Below, one piece after another: positions 24,201 through 39,200 of a DNA stretch of 63,799 nt. Positions within the stretch are counted from its first letter, which is position 1. Every line of letters begins with the position of its first letter. Both the position numbers and the translations under genes were made by a program. Source of the stretch: Catajapyx aquilonaris (taxonomy: Eukaryota); assembly GCA_000934665.2 (NCBI GenBank), contig KZ538099.1, positions 62,001 through 125,799 of the forward strand. The letters are read 5' to 3'. The notes under the pieces are model-generated. The model did no database searches. It saw nothing but the letters and a program-made list of their open reading frames with translations, and was not told the origin of the DNA.

Positions 24201-27200
24201 ACTTCCAGACATTTTTAATGGCATGCCTTTTCTAACCTGCTATTCGCCAACTGGCCTTTGAACCCATTACGTCTGGTCCAGCTTGTATTGAACTTAAAAA
24301 AAGAATAATTATATCATTATGCCACTCATAGAGATGCCTAAACTGTCTCCTTACAAGTGTTATAATAATATTGCAGCGTCGTTAAAGACGTCCTTGCTAG
24401 CAACTCCTGGGTGATTGCGAAAATGCGCCAAGTGTCAGCGAAAAACTACTTGGCTCTTAGGATCCGGTTTTCTGGCTTGTTCTGGCCTGCTGACCAATGG
24501 CAGGTAGAAATGGCCCACCATAGTCCGTTTTCTGTCGTGTCATTTTCCAGTCTCGAAGAAGTGGTTCTGCATCATGTAGGATGTTGCGGTGCAGATTTGT
24601 ATCAATGTGGAACGGAGGTGCTTGGGCTTTTTGTACAGTGTGTGCGTAATGCATTGTGTGGTTGGAACGGTCCGGATTTTTATGGGGGATAGGGCAAACG
24701 ATGCAGCTACAGTAGGTTAGTAGGGATGAAAAAAAAATTCGTTTTTATGGTGTTGATTTTCTTGGAAACCCTGCAATTTGTTAGTAGCTGCAGGGCACAA
24801 AGGCGCCAAAGGGTGGATGTCCGAAGGAAAATAAGAAAAATATACGCTGAATGTTTGCCAGCTGATGGAACTTTGTATACAGTAGTTCCAATCGTTATAA
24901 AATTTGGATTCACTTTTCTCCATTTAGACTATCTGTGAGCACTGATTTTATAGAAAAATTCATTAGTCGATTCAAGCGAATATTTAGCTGAAATTGGCTG
25001 GAAAATTGGATTCAGAATTATTGATCGAGTCAACTGGAGAAAATTGTCAATCACGTTTGAAAGAAAAGGCTTCTAAATTTTGTTGGTGGTACAATCTAGA
25101 ATTAGGGTGAAATTTTTGGCTGTCATTATATTGGACCTCGGGAATTTCCCTAGATGCAAACTCCCTCACATGCTGGAGAATTCTGATAAGCCATGAACGT
25201 GACATTGGCGACCTTTCCCTGCGACCTTTCCCTGGCAGAGTTTGGATTGGAAGGATTGGAAAATTAATAGACCTGATTAAACACGGGCTCAACCAAGAGG
25301 TGATTGAAAATACCGGGGCTGCAAATAGACACCAAAATAGGGTTCCGCAAAAATCGCCGATTGACGTCAGCCAGGCCTTTGCAGGTAGTTGACAATCAAA
25401 CCGCAACAAAGCATCCAATCAAGCTTATCGGAGCCAGCACATCTTGCTTCATCGACAAAGTTGCATCCAAATATGGCGACGGAGGACAGAGTGCATCTTG
25501 GAAAATTGTGCAACGGTTACTTTAAAAAAAACAAAAACAATAAGTGTCATGTTTCCGATTCTGGTTTGCAGCAGCTGCTGTAATGTCACACCTCCGTCTG
25601 GTGACGACAGACAGCCTGACCACGTTGAAGGTTAACGCGATTGCGCTATCTCTACAACTCAGGCTTGCCTCTAGAGGAAACCCTAGTCCGATGTCTGATT
25701 CGACCAGACGCGAAATGCGAAGGATCATGTTGCCACTGGGACACTGAACCGCTGATCTATTTCTGAATGCAAGACAAATAAATCCTCCAATGTGGGACAC
25801 ATCCACTCCGGAATTTTTCGATTTAGGCCTCTAGCGAGTGTTGGCTAAATATTTATTCCACACCTTGTTTATGCCATTAGGGTTAGGCTGACATAGGCCT
25901 ACAATGCCAATCAGCCTTCAGAGGTTATATTGGCTATATCTTACTCATAAATGGTTAAACTATTGTCCACAACTGTTGGTTATAGCTGTTATTCATAATT
26001 GGTTATAACTATTATTTGTGTTTTTTCATCTCTCTTGTGTGCTTCAGGGAGTAATCACTCGATCAGTAATCCTACCCTACACATAAACTAAAGTTTGAAT
26101 GAGAGGCCATACAATGAACCTCAGATCATTGTCATCCCCATGAGCCAACCTGAGGGGGCTTATAGCACTCCCCACAGTCTATTGTGGTGTCGATAACCAC
26201 AGGATGCACGCACTTTGTGCGTGGAGATATAGAGAGAAGCCAGGCGACTGCTGCCGGGAGTATTGCCCTGGCTTGCTGCAAGTAGGGCAAGACGGAAAAG
26301 GTTTTCCCCGGCATTATATAACCGCGTTTCAGGGAGGAGGGGGGGGGGGTTGGTTTGGCGATAGAATAAATTTCGATTTCACCAGCCATTCCAACTGGAA
26401 CGCGACACCACGTCCTGAGGGATACACCAATATTGCTTGAGGGGGTACACACACACTGAAGAATCCTTATTCTCACGTAGTTGCCTGACCCTTTTTTTTC
26501 TCGTCGTATATATTTTTTTTCAAGTAGGTCTGTGGGTGATTTTGTAATAAGGGCTGCGCACGCGCATCAAGTTCACTCACGTAACATGGCGTTTTACATC
26601 TACCGACCCAGATTTTTTTTTTGTAATTCATAAAAATGTGCATACATTGTAGAGTGTGGGAAGAGATATTTTAACGAGCATATCCGCTACACCGGTTCGT
26701 TGAGTACAATATCTGGTAATCAGCCCCCCCTTTTTTTAATTATTACAAAGTACTCGCTTCAAGTGAAGAGGGGTAGAGTCCTGCACGTTCACCATGCAAA
26801 TGTCGGATTTCCCAGCGTTCCTCATGATGTCTCAGGCGAAGGCCGAGCCACCTGCATGCTGCAAAAGTACAGCCTTGGAAATAACACCACCTGTCAGAAA
26901 CAGTTCGCGCGACACTATAGCAAAATATATTTGCGATACACATTAATAGGATAATAGGGGTTTGTCGCTTACAAACTGCTTTACAACTTAATAGAAGGGT
27001 GTGGATTAGTTGATGTAATAGAGTGGAGGGGCATCAGCCACCATCCATAACCTTACTCACACCATTTTTTGCACTGTTTTTTTGCAACCGGTCGGAGGTC
27101 AGGATTTATGAGGGTAGACCCCTCTGGGGCAATTCATAAAAAAAAGGCGGTTCGACCCTGACTCTTTGGAGACTGCGTGCGAAATCTGATGGTCCTGGTG

Positions 27201-30200
27201 GACCCAAAATTTTCTGCGGGAGTCTCAAGTACTTGTAGGGGGGGGGGAGGGGGTTAGCAAAGAGTCAACGTCCTTTACAAGGGCGTTTGAGAACTAGTTC
27301 CTTGAACAAGCAACCAGTCCAGAGCGCAACCTAAAAGCATACATTTCTTATACGTACGCTGCTGTGTTATTCGAATCTGGAAAAATGATCCGAAGTTCTG
27401 ACCAACCTCACGTTTCTCATGCCAAAGTCCAAGGACTTGTCGCTTTTCTTGGTAAAAAAAATTACGCAACGAAGTATTCACTACTAAGTGAGAGATGGGA
27501 TTCCTATCATATGTGGTCACTTATATAGGATGAAGTGGGGGAAGGTCACGGGGACAAATTGTTAAGTGGAATTAGCACAGAAATGGAGGCTATTTATTCC
27601 GGGAGGGCGTACATTATCAGGCAGGAAGGAAAACGGCAAGGTCAGAGTTAGGATAGGTGTGGTTCTTGCAGAAATTGGAGTCAGTCACCTCTCAAAGTGA
27701 CCTCGATGGATGGATGAATGTGTAGCGTGGATAGAACCGGTCCGTTTTTTTGGACTCTGCCCACTCCCCAATTTGCAGATTAGGATTTGAGATGGTGGGG
27801 AGCAAAATGGGTGCAATTGTGCCAACACCTCCATTTTTAAACTTGCGAAATATATTTTTTTGTGACTCATTCTGTAATCGCGCAGACTGTAGGTTGGAAC
27901 CCTGCCACCTACCGGATGACGGATAAAAAAGGGTCGATGGCCTTTATACTGTAATATTTATTTCAAGCGTAAAAACTAATACTGTACATGTCCAGTTCGC
28001 CCAGTTAAGGTTCATCGACTTTGACATTACCTTCAGATTTGGGATGCCTATTCTAATTTGCATGGCTGTCATCTCTCCTCCCCTAAATGTGGGCCGGGTT
28101 GGTCACCTTAACATACTGCGCACATCCTGCTTGGACCCAATTCCTCTATTGAAAAAAAAGCGTCTGTCATGACGTCAATCACGTCACTAAACCGGCCATG
28201 CGTGACATGCATCGTCGGCCATAATGCGTGAGAAAAAGAAAATGGTTGCCTATCTCCTCCCTGAGGCGGTAGAGCGCATCACGTCACGGTTTGGTTCCGC
28301 TGGGCTTCTCTTTACCTTTTTGGCCAGCCGGCCACTGGGGCAGGAGGCTAACATACACGGCCTGGTGATTCGAAAAATGCGTTATAATTCTGAGAGAGTG
28401 GGCAGTGCAAATGGCGGGCTCCACACGCATCAGTTTGGCAGGCGCAGCGCACACTTGCTCTGCCGCTGGCTCTGGTAACCCACTCTTGCTAGCGCGTGGT
28501 TTGAAGTTCAGTCCCGTTTTCCGTTATGGCCGGCCTGCGGTTTTCTATTAGGATCAAATTGTAGGGTTGGCAAGGCATGTTTATGGACTGGACCGGGCCG
28601 GTTTATGCAACCAATATTAAGTTGCGATTAATTGGTTAGGGGGGGTTGGTGATGGATGGTCAGTTAAATGTTTATTTTTATCCTGTGCGATATCTGGTTT
28701 GTTATTGAAGCGATTTCTACCTTAATCAAAAGCTTGATATCGTGCGTATACACATAAACAGTTTAACCCTGAGATGAACCCCAGTTGCACAACATATACA
28801 GCTGTTCCCAGATGTGTTTTGCGACCGGTACCGAGTTTGTACCCATGCTGAAAAACGAGGTCGTTGACGCTCCTTTGTGCCAATTTTTTTTTCTTCAATT
28901 TGTGCATTCCTGATTAGGCCTCCAATGGAAAAATTTGCGCACATTTTTTTTACTCTGCAGTGTGCCAACCTTTGTGCAAAAATGGGTAAAACACCTGAAG
29001 CGTGATCTTTGTCGGTCCTCCAGTCTGGCAGGATACTGAAACAGCAAGGTGCAAAAATAGGAGGGCTGGTCGAGGTGGGGGTGGGTGGGTGGGTGGGTTG
29101 AAAATTGGCAACATCGGCACGCAGGGCTTGCCAAGCGCCGCCAGCAGGACGGCCGGTCAAAGACCTTATATATTTTTTTTCTACCATTCTTTCTCACTCA
29201 TGGCCGCCATCTTGGGGGGCTCCCTACTATACCAAAAAGGGGGGTTATATAGTACTGCAATCACTGTTCTTAACCTAGTTCTGTTGTGTGGTAACCCGGA
29301 TTGGTGTGGTCCAGAACCAGAAGGATGGCGGACCTTCCTCAATAGGCAATAGCCAGAGGAGATTTTTCGCGAGAACTGGTCTGGCTCGGTGGTAAACACT
29401 TTGAAAACAATGGCTGACCTTGGGACTATGATGACAACCGGACATTTTTCGGGGGTAAAAATCGGCAACCGGTTGACCGCCTGACCTGGGGCAATACCAC
29501 ATACTAACATGTAGAGAGAGGGGCTTAACGGACGAGAAAGTGACAGCAGGGCGTTGGGTGTAAACACCTTAAAGGTGTCACCCACTGATAAAAGTGGCGA
29601 GTGGATTACTTTGTAGAGTCTGTAAATTTTTTGGCTGGGTTCGAATCCCGCCCTTTTTTAGTGAGTCATCCTACCAAGCAGACGAATGGAATGCATTCCT
29701 TACATGTCGATCCACTGTGTAAAAGTACAGATAATATGCCTCTGAAGGATGCGAAAAAAAAGTGCGTGGGATACGTCACCTATTTTTATTGCGCCTATAA
29801 TTTATAAGGTGACAGCAGACCGAATATTAATTGTTTGATTACAATTTTTTGGGGGGTGAGTCATTCAAAATTTGCGAATTTTGGGGCGGGACTGACTTGA
29901 AATTCCGGTCACATATTTGCACGGCTTGTAACCATCCGCTGTTCCAAGAAACCCAGGCAACTTCTCCTTTTTTGGCTACGTTATTTTTTGGCCCTCCATT
30001 TTTTTTACTGCCACTGCAAAAAAATCGGCCGGTAATTAACCTTTTCCGAAATGTTTTAAAAGGGGGACAAGGGTTATGTACCCCTTCCAAGCCCATTTTC
30101 GGGCCATTTTAAGTGTCAAATATTTTGGAGGGTATACGACCCAATGGGGGTCTCTCGGTGCAATATTTGGCAAAAAGGGACTTGTTCAAGGCCACCGAAA

Positions 30201-33200
30201 TTGCCAAGCTGCCGCCCAGGAGGCCTCTGGTTGCCCTCCCCTCACCAACCACCACACCACTATAGGGGCTGTTGCAGCCGCCACTACAACCATGACCATG
30301 CCCTCACCTTATGCTTCACTTGGTTGAGAGGGGTCGTCAACTTTTGTGGGATGTGAGGGGGAGGGGGAGAGAGGAAAAAAGGGGGGAGGGGGTCGAAAGT
30401 GAGCATTTCGGAGAATTTTTGCGAGCCGAAGGGAAGTTGAGTGGTTTCAGTTGATTACTGTCCGACCGCAGGTGTGTCAAAAATTTATTTCAGGATGTGA
30501 ATGAACCCTCACCAATAAACAGCAGTTGGCGACTAATAACTGCTAATGTCAGCCACAATTAGGGTAGCTGCCGAAAAAATGGGATTGTAATTGTTGAACA
30601 CGGTAATGAGAGCATTTGCGTGTGAATCTCTTGGAAGCAACAGATAATCCTGAACATGCGTGCTGGTTTCTTAAGCAGTGGGCCGTGTTGGGCCCCGCCA
30701 TTTTGGCATGTACTTATATGCAAAACAAGACGACCCACCACAACTCATTCCGACTTGGATTATGCATTTTTTTTTTTCTCTCTCTCTCTGCACTTCGTTT
30801 TAATCCGATGCGGTTTTTTGGACGGGTTCAAGGACAGAGGCCCACCCATGAGCCGGAGGATCATGAATTTAGGTCGGAGGCTGAGCCCGATTCCCACCAG
30901 CAGGTATGGTCACGATCATACATGAGACCCCCAAGATGTGCAGAAGAAGACGAAGAAGAAGCACGTGTTGCCGCTTCAAGGTTTATAATATGCATAACCT
31001 GTTTCGAGAGCACACCAAACTGATGTGCACTTTGTCAATACCTTGCCTACAAAAAAAAATTGTGGAGGAACACACACACACACAAAAAATTGCCAAAATC
31101 GGTCTTGAAGGACGTGTGGAGAAACCCATGTCCATACATGTCACACGTGTCGCTCTCGATTCGGTACGAGGTCTAACCTTCTCATTTTTTTCTGTAATTT
31201 TTTTTTGTACTTACCTGTCCTAGATGGTGTAACGCCCTGTTGCGGCCGTGAAAGAACCAAATGGCCCATATCGCTCCTTGCCCTTGATCTTAAAAGGACC
31301 CGCATGAATGAAGGTCATCCTTAGCCCACGTGTCAACATTATCCATTATAACAGTGCTGTATTCACATATGACCGGACAACGATCTCAGCTGGGAAGAAT
31401 TGAATTAAACACTGCTCCTTCTCTTCTTTTTTTTTGCATGTGCATGAGTCCATTTATATCGCTTTCGCAATTGAAAACGACGTCATTGAGTGAAGTTGAA
31501 TGCTTCATGGAGGTTGATTCGCAGAATGTTCCGAAACAGTTTGCGCAAGAAGTGTCAACTGGTTAGATGGTCATTTGCTAATTTTTTGCATTCATTTCTG
31601 GTGGTCCTACTGGGGGAAACCCATCGTTAAATTGTTGTGCTACCAATTATTGCAAAATATACTACGAAAAACTATTCAAGGGTGAATCAGAATTGATTCA
31701 AATAATTTAGAGGTTAGTACCGCACAATCTGGGAGCTGTCATTTTCAATGTCGATGACTTGTTTCAAGGGCTGTAAACCTCCCGTGCTTTAATTTGTGAG
31801 TTTTACGACACACGTATCAATTTCACGCCTGTACGAGAATTACTGGTTATCACTGCCCCTTTCTATTTCGCCGGTTGGCCAATCATGATACGAAATTGCC
31901 ATAAAGCGCTGCGGTTGATCAATTTGCGGTATTCATTTTGCACAGCGGTCTCAAACCCGATGCATAATTTTGTTCGAATCGGGCGACTTTCCTATATAGG
32001 CAACCAAAAAAAAAAAAAAATGGCAAATAATTTATGAGAGTAACTGTCAATTTTTGGGAAGCAGGCCAGTCGTATATGAACGTGCAAAATAATTCAATTT
32101 AAGAATCAATATTGAAGCAGCGCAGACTCGAGATTTAAGCTGAAAAAATATCTAGGAGACTATAATGCATGAGGCTCGACTGGATGTCGCGAAATTTATG
32201 GCCGAAACGTGCCCCCCGATTTTCTAGGGTCGGTCAACAATTTGGCGAACTGATATCAAATAATCAAGTTTTACATCCTTCTTAGCGCCAAAATTTACAC
32301 TTGTGAACATGCATCACAGCGTAACGATTTGTTGCATCGCGCTTGAGGATTTATGGATGACGGTCTACTTAAGTGGGGGGTGCCAAAAATTTTCATCCAG
32401 ATAAAGCTCAGACAAGCGGCAAAAAAATATTTGAGCACAGTAAAAAATAAATTTGGCGCCACATCTTAGCAGTTGTCAGGTCGCTAAATTACACCTGGGC
32501 CCAATTTTGGGTTTGAGAAAGGTCCGGGTAGTGGACCCAATTCGGCGAAGGTTGTCAGGACTTTAGGAGAGTGAGTTGTAGATCCTGAGCATTAAAAAAA
32601 AAATTCAGCACGAAAATTTCGCTTAACCAACTTGCATCCTTAGAACTGGTCCAGCCGGATGTTGTGTAATGGAGAGAACATGTTTCAACATTTCGAGATG
32701 TCGTGTTGAACATTGTGAGCTAACAATCTCAAGGTCAAGGAGAGAGTGCCATTGTTGAAAAAAAATAATTTGTCGAGGTCATTAAAACTTCGGAGAATTT
32801 TGTGGGGGGGTTGACCAAATCCCGAACAGCGCGTTAATTTGCGAAATTATGGTGGATTTAATTACAGCCATTGTAGTCAACACTGTAAGATATTTTAATT
32901 ACAAATTCCAGCCAAACCACGTGTGATTATTAAGTTCACATATTTCAAGGAAGTCTTCGGCACAAATATTTTGTTTTTAAAATGTGGGAGGACTTTAGAA
33001 TGGATTTTACCCTCATTGTTACCTTCCAAATGAACAGAAATTTTAATCAGAATTCCGCTCACAATGCAATGAAAGTGAATGGTTTTTTTTAAAAAAAACC
33101 GGCTATGACGCAACAACTCTCATTGTGCACTGTATATTTTAGTCATAAGCGTCGACCAACACTTTCTAACCTACAAGGCAAAGTTCAAGGTCGAAGTGCA

Positions 33201-36200
33201 AACACCCGCAAAGTCCCCATAATCCATTCACTCCATGTTGTTGGCGCTGTGTGCTTGCATATGTTGTACGTATTGAAGTCAGTAAGTATATAGGATAGGG
33301 CAGTTTTTCGTCTAGTTTGCAAAGTCACACTCTGCCAAATGGGTTCCGTATGATAAGAACGGCAGTAAAAACTTGGAGAGAGAAAAGTTGTGTGGCGCCC
33401 ATTTTCTTGCCCCTGCCAGATACGGACCCTGCCATGACACTATGCTTACCACGTTGCTTGCTACCCAGGATAACAATCTTCTCTCCTAGGTAGAAAGCGT
33501 GACTTGATGACAACCTGACGTAATTTGTTGAAAGTTCCGGAGGCAACCGTATTGACAGGGGTGTCGGATCGAAACTGATTCTGGGAATGTGTGGACAAAA
33601 CATCACGTGAAGGTCAAGGTTATTAAAGTGAAGCTTGTTCCGTGTGGTAATGAATATTTCATGGGGCGGTACGCATGTAGAATCGATGGGTCTGGTTGTT
33701 ATATAAGAATACCCACATTTGGTGGTCGATCACCCAAAAAAAAATAAGTGGGTTTTGCATGGGTAAAATTATAACCTATTTTTTTTGTCAAAGGTTGTGT
33801 CAGGAGATTGAATGTTAACAATGTTGATCGCATGCTGGTCGTTTATGGGTATTTCCGATTTTGATTGGCTTTTTTAAAAAAATTTGGGATATCAACTTTC
33901 CAATCAATTTTTACCTATAGGCTGTGACGTCAGACGCACGTCACGTTAGTATTTGATTATTAGGTAGGGGGCAACCGGTCACGAAACTGGAGTGCATCAT
34001 TGCAGTGACAGTTTATAGGCGGAGTTGATTTTCTGCACGTAACACGCGAGAATGCGTTTCAGAAAGAAAAAAACACCTTTTGTTATAAACGGGTACTTTG
34101 TAAGGTGTCAAAAAATGGCTGCCGGAGGACCTCAGAGTGCTAGTTATGTATATTATTTTTCTGCACCGAGCAATTATGATGTCCTGTGATTTGATGATGG
34201 TAATTACAAGGTGGAGTTTTTTCATGTCTCGAATTTTTCCCACTGGATGCTGCAGTGATAATTTTGGCGAATGGTTCCGCCCTCCAGGTTTGACTTGCAA
34301 AAAAATGAGAAAAAATGTGCAAAAATTTTTCTCTGGGGGACGCCCTGGAGAGAAGCTTGGAAGAAAAGAGAATAGACCACCAGCCTCTCATTTGCATAAC
34401 AGGTCCTCCCTGTGCTATTGTGGTCACGTAATTACACCCGCTCGAGAAACAAAGGAATTTTTGTGCCATTCGCCATTCGACGTGTCACACGTGGGAAAAA
34501 ATTTTTGCACCGTATTTTTGCAGGGAAACTGCAGCAGCATAACTACACTGACGAAAACAAAAAAAAATGAGCGAGACTGCGTCGTCGTCTCCCAAAAGGG
34601 TCATTAGTTTTGGTAGTCCTAAAATTTATAACCCTGTGTTACAGCAATGGTACTCTAAGTTTTTATTATCCGGCTCAGTAAACCTTGTTTTCAGGGATGT
34701 TAATCGAATAAGAGACAATTAACCGTAATTTACAATATTGTTACCGAGCACTGAGCAGACATTTTTCTGGGTCGGCTGTGATTTAGCGAATTTCTCTAAT
34801 ATGCCATGCATTTGCAATAATTGCATAATTTGCGCCCAAATACATCGTAATTTCTCCTGGTCGCGAATCTCTGCAGTCTCTCTATATATAGCGAAAAGGG
34901 GATTTAGGACTGTCCCCTTTAATATTGATCTCTGCAACATTTTCATCACACTAACCGGTGGGAGGGGGGGGGGGGGAGGGCTAAGGTATTGATTTATCAA
35001 AGCATTCTGACAAGTGCGGGCGAAAATGCAAGGGGCTGGAAAATAAGTCCTGTTTATTCACATTCACTTTGCGATGCAAGTCGTTGACCACTGTGGGGTC
35101 AGTGTCATTTAGGTAGAGGCACAAATAGAGGTGGTCGTGTAGCATATGACATTTACAGTATATGAGCTTATAAGCTGGGGGTATGAAAAATACAAAATGT
35201 GAAAAGATATTTTTCTGAACATGAAACATTTTTTGGACAGGCTAATCTGGACAAACTTGGTCTATACATTACTGGGTATAAAGGATTAGTCCGACAAGTT
35301 TGAATGGTGCCATCGACTGCGAGTCGCCGTTTTCACCGGATCGTAACTTCCAGCAATCTCTTTTATCATCAGTTACCTCTTGGCTGGCATTTTTGCCAGA
35401 TGCGAGTTCATGNNNNNNNNNNNNNGGGGGGGGGGGGAAGGAAGGGATGGAACAAAAAAAAAAAACCTTAGAAGCTTCTATATAAAGCGAGGGGTTCCTG
35501 GAAAGGAGGCCGAACATAGAGGTACTTACGTTGGTTAAATCCGCTTTGGCAGTTTGCTTTGTGAGAAGTTATAGAGAGCCGGCTGAGAAACCTGCCTTGC
35601 ATGCCCTTGAAGTGTGTGATAATAGCTCGTAGTCTACTGTAACCAACTAACCAAAAGTAGTTTGTTTCTTTCATTTTGTGCTGTAGCTACTTGTGTTGCG
35701 GCCGATTCTCAAGGGCCATTGTCGTTAGATGAATGGCGATGCAACAGTGTAATTAGTGTCGTGGAGACGAGAGAAATATTTGCGCTCCATATGGTAGTGT
35801 GCACGCTATAAAAGCGTGAAGTCTAGTACTGAACACCAATTATATATTTGCCATTTTTCAATAATCAAATCTCGACAGCAAGCGCCAAGAACGTGCAGTA
35901 GTTTTAATTCTTTTGGCATTTTGTATAAATATGTCAACTTGTTTTTAAAATCATTTTTGTTTATTCCAGCTGACAGTTATCCCGTTTGAAGGGTTGCCAC
36001 CTGGTGCATTGCGCAACCATCAGGTTCATTAAATCTAATACGTGACTCAATTTTTTTGTCACATACCAATGCCATCAAAATATGAATAAAAATAATATCC
36101 AATTCCTGGCGCCTTCTGTGGCCATTTGAATATTGAAAAAAATGTGCAAATTCGCACCACTTTGACCCCAATATCTCAGCTGTGTCCCTGCATAGCTTTC

Positions 36201-39200
36201 ACTTTTCTAGTATACACACTATGAAGCATCATCCGAACATAGAATTGTTGCTGGGCTGTCAGAAATAGCTGTCCTATACAGATCCTAACATTTTTGCTGC
36301 CAAAAATGTTAATAGTAAGGTTTGAGGCCATATCTACAATCCAGAGGATTGATGAACTCTGTCCCATTTTAGAGAAAACTGGAAATAACTTTTTCCTCCC
36401 TGTTTCCGCAGGCAACATTGTTTATAGGCCCAGTATATGTCTAGATTTTAGCTCCACAAAGTGAACCTGACACCTTATTTTGCAACTAAGCCCCATCCGA
36501 ACTCCCGCGAGGAAAACCTATAGGAGACGACGAACCCACCCTCGAAAATTGCATTACCGCACCAGAAAATCTTTTGGGAGAAATACGTACACTCCACCCA
36601 ACCAACAGCACCAAGAAAAAAGGTGTCAAGAGACACAATAATATTCGCGAATATTATCAGACTATGATTAGAGGCTCCCCACAGCACGCAACCCTGCATT
36701 CCGATCAAAGCGTCCCCTAGTTTTCGCGGATGCACGCACCGTTACGCATTTATGTAATGGCGATGGTGTGACGCAACATGGCGGGGTGAATAACCAGAAA
36801 AGGAGGACATGGACGCTAGTGGCACACTATATCACATATACATATATATCCCTCCAAACACTTTTTTTTCTCTCTCTTCTCTCTCCAACAAATGAATGCT
36901 AGAGGGCGTTCCCAGAAAGGTAGTTTCGCAGGGATTTTTATGGTGTTACGAGTGTGTTCAACCTGTGGCTGCCGGCGTTTCCATACGCTATATTTGAGTC
37001 ACAATAACGAGTGGCCTTGTGTAAAAGAATGCGAGAGGTGTATGCTTGTCGGGTGTGGGGGAGAGAGAGAGAAAAAAAAGGGAAAGGGCGGCGGGGGAGG
37101 GGAAAGGAAAATAAACAAACATCGCAGCCTGGATGACGAGGCTGCCTGGTTCTGTATACACAACTGGAGTGAAAAAAAAGACAAAAAAATATATATATCT
37201 GGGCCGACTTTGTTGCGAAGTTAGAATTCGGTTTCCAAATGACTTGTCTTCATGACTTAATGGTTGAGCAGTACACATAAGTCATTATTAGCCAATGAAC
37301 TGGTGTGCTTGAACCGTAAGTTTGCGTGTTATTGCTGAATGAAGTGTGGGAGATTTAAGGTGTTGGTTACTGTACCGCGGCAAGGACTCGTTGAATGACC
37401 TGTATGAATATGGGTGTTGCTGGCATTGTGCGCGGGAAGAGTTTTCACTTTTCGATTTTTTTTTTGTACGTAGTTATTGCGATACACACCTGGCCACGTG
37501 TAGTGCAATTCAAGGAGTGCATCAACCCGCAAGTGCAAATAGCAAAATATGCATCGCTATAAACAACTTACGACGTCAGATAGTTCGTAGCACTATTGAT
37601 AAAGAATTTTGAACCTTTGTTTCCTTTTAAAATTCATTGACACCGTTCAGCTCGTGCAAATTGCCAGGTAATATCACAATGAAGTAGTACTGATAAGCCA
37701 GGGATGTACGTAATAAGAGTTCACGCAATGAAGTTACATTGAGATGTCAATGCCGTAACAGCGAATTTGTATGTCATAAGCCTTCATTAGGGCAACTGCA
37801 AACTTCTGTCATAAATTCCGCGCAATTATAGTACGCTAAAAGTGGGAACCCACCGTTCTGGGGTTCTGCCCCTGGGCCATTTTAATCACACCACCCTGTG
37901 AATGGTAGTTGATTTGGCATTTTTCATTTTGTCTCCCCCCTCTTATTCAAAATTGGGATCGTGAGTCATAATTACCACGCCCCAGCAGTATGCGGCGTAG
38001 TAATTCATCCGTTCGGCAGCTTTTGCTCCGAAACTTGCTCCAACTCCAGGCGTTAAGTAGCAACAAAGACATAAAAGTGGGAGGGTTCAAGGCTGAGGCT
38101 GATGATGATGATGATGATGAGACAGTGTGTGAGAAAACCCCCCCTTCTTATTGTGTGCATGTGCCCAGTGTGTGTGTGTGTGTGAAAGACCAAGTTCAAT
38201 CCTGTGACCTGACCTTGGACCGGTCGCTAGAATATACCCGGATGCAGGTCCTCGGGCTGACCTGAGTGCAATCAAGGTCAAGTTGAAGCTACTCGACTTT
38301 GAAGTGAAGCTGAAGCACTTTCAAGGGCAAATAATGTGGATCAATGACATAGCTCTTAATTTTTTGGGCGCCTATAGATTTTTTTTTCTTCTTCTTCTTC
38401 CTAAGATGAATTATTTTGCACCCACGTGGACAATCACGGCCTTTCTCAAGGTTGCCAAGGTGTTGATGAATCGTGACGAATTGCGTAACCTGTATCCGGG
38501 GGGGTTCAACTTTTGCTCGAAGCCCCGGTAAAATTGCCTAGTTGTTGGTATCCGGGCGTCAGATTTCACGCTCGGCAGGGGATAAAAAGCGGTTTTAATG
38601 AGCTCGAGGAAATCGTGTTCAGCATCAGCAGCCCAGCACTTGAAGGTGTCATGTGAAGGCCCCCTGTAATATTCGCCCAGATTGGATGGTCCGGTTTAAA
38701 TTAGGCGATTTATCCAGGCTCATCCTTCATCAGGAGCTATCCAGTGCTAGGATCTAATATTTTAATATATATAAAGGTGACCACCTTAGAGAGCCGAACT
38801 CTCTCCAACACATTCCTGTACATCCTTGACTCCTGCGAAACCCCCGAAATAGACTCGAAGGCTGCCAAGACATGTGTAATGTTTTGTTGGTGCCTTCACT
38901 AAAGGACACGTGTCACTCTCCCGAAAAAATGACGCTGTAAACATTTGGACTGTGGAGTGCTGGTTTCTGCCGGAAGGCATCATTTAGGGGTACACCTACC
39001 TATATGTTTGTGTGTGCTCAGCCTTCGGGCATTGTAAACAAGGCCGTTTGTGCCGCGTTTCTTGGCATTTTCCATTGTCGCTGATTTGGGCTAGAGATGT
39101 GGGTTGCAATGTGCCGGAGCCAAGTATGTGCAGAGATTTTGCGTGCCACATCTTCCGCATACATGTGTTCACCTACGCAGTATGTGTGTATATAGAGATT

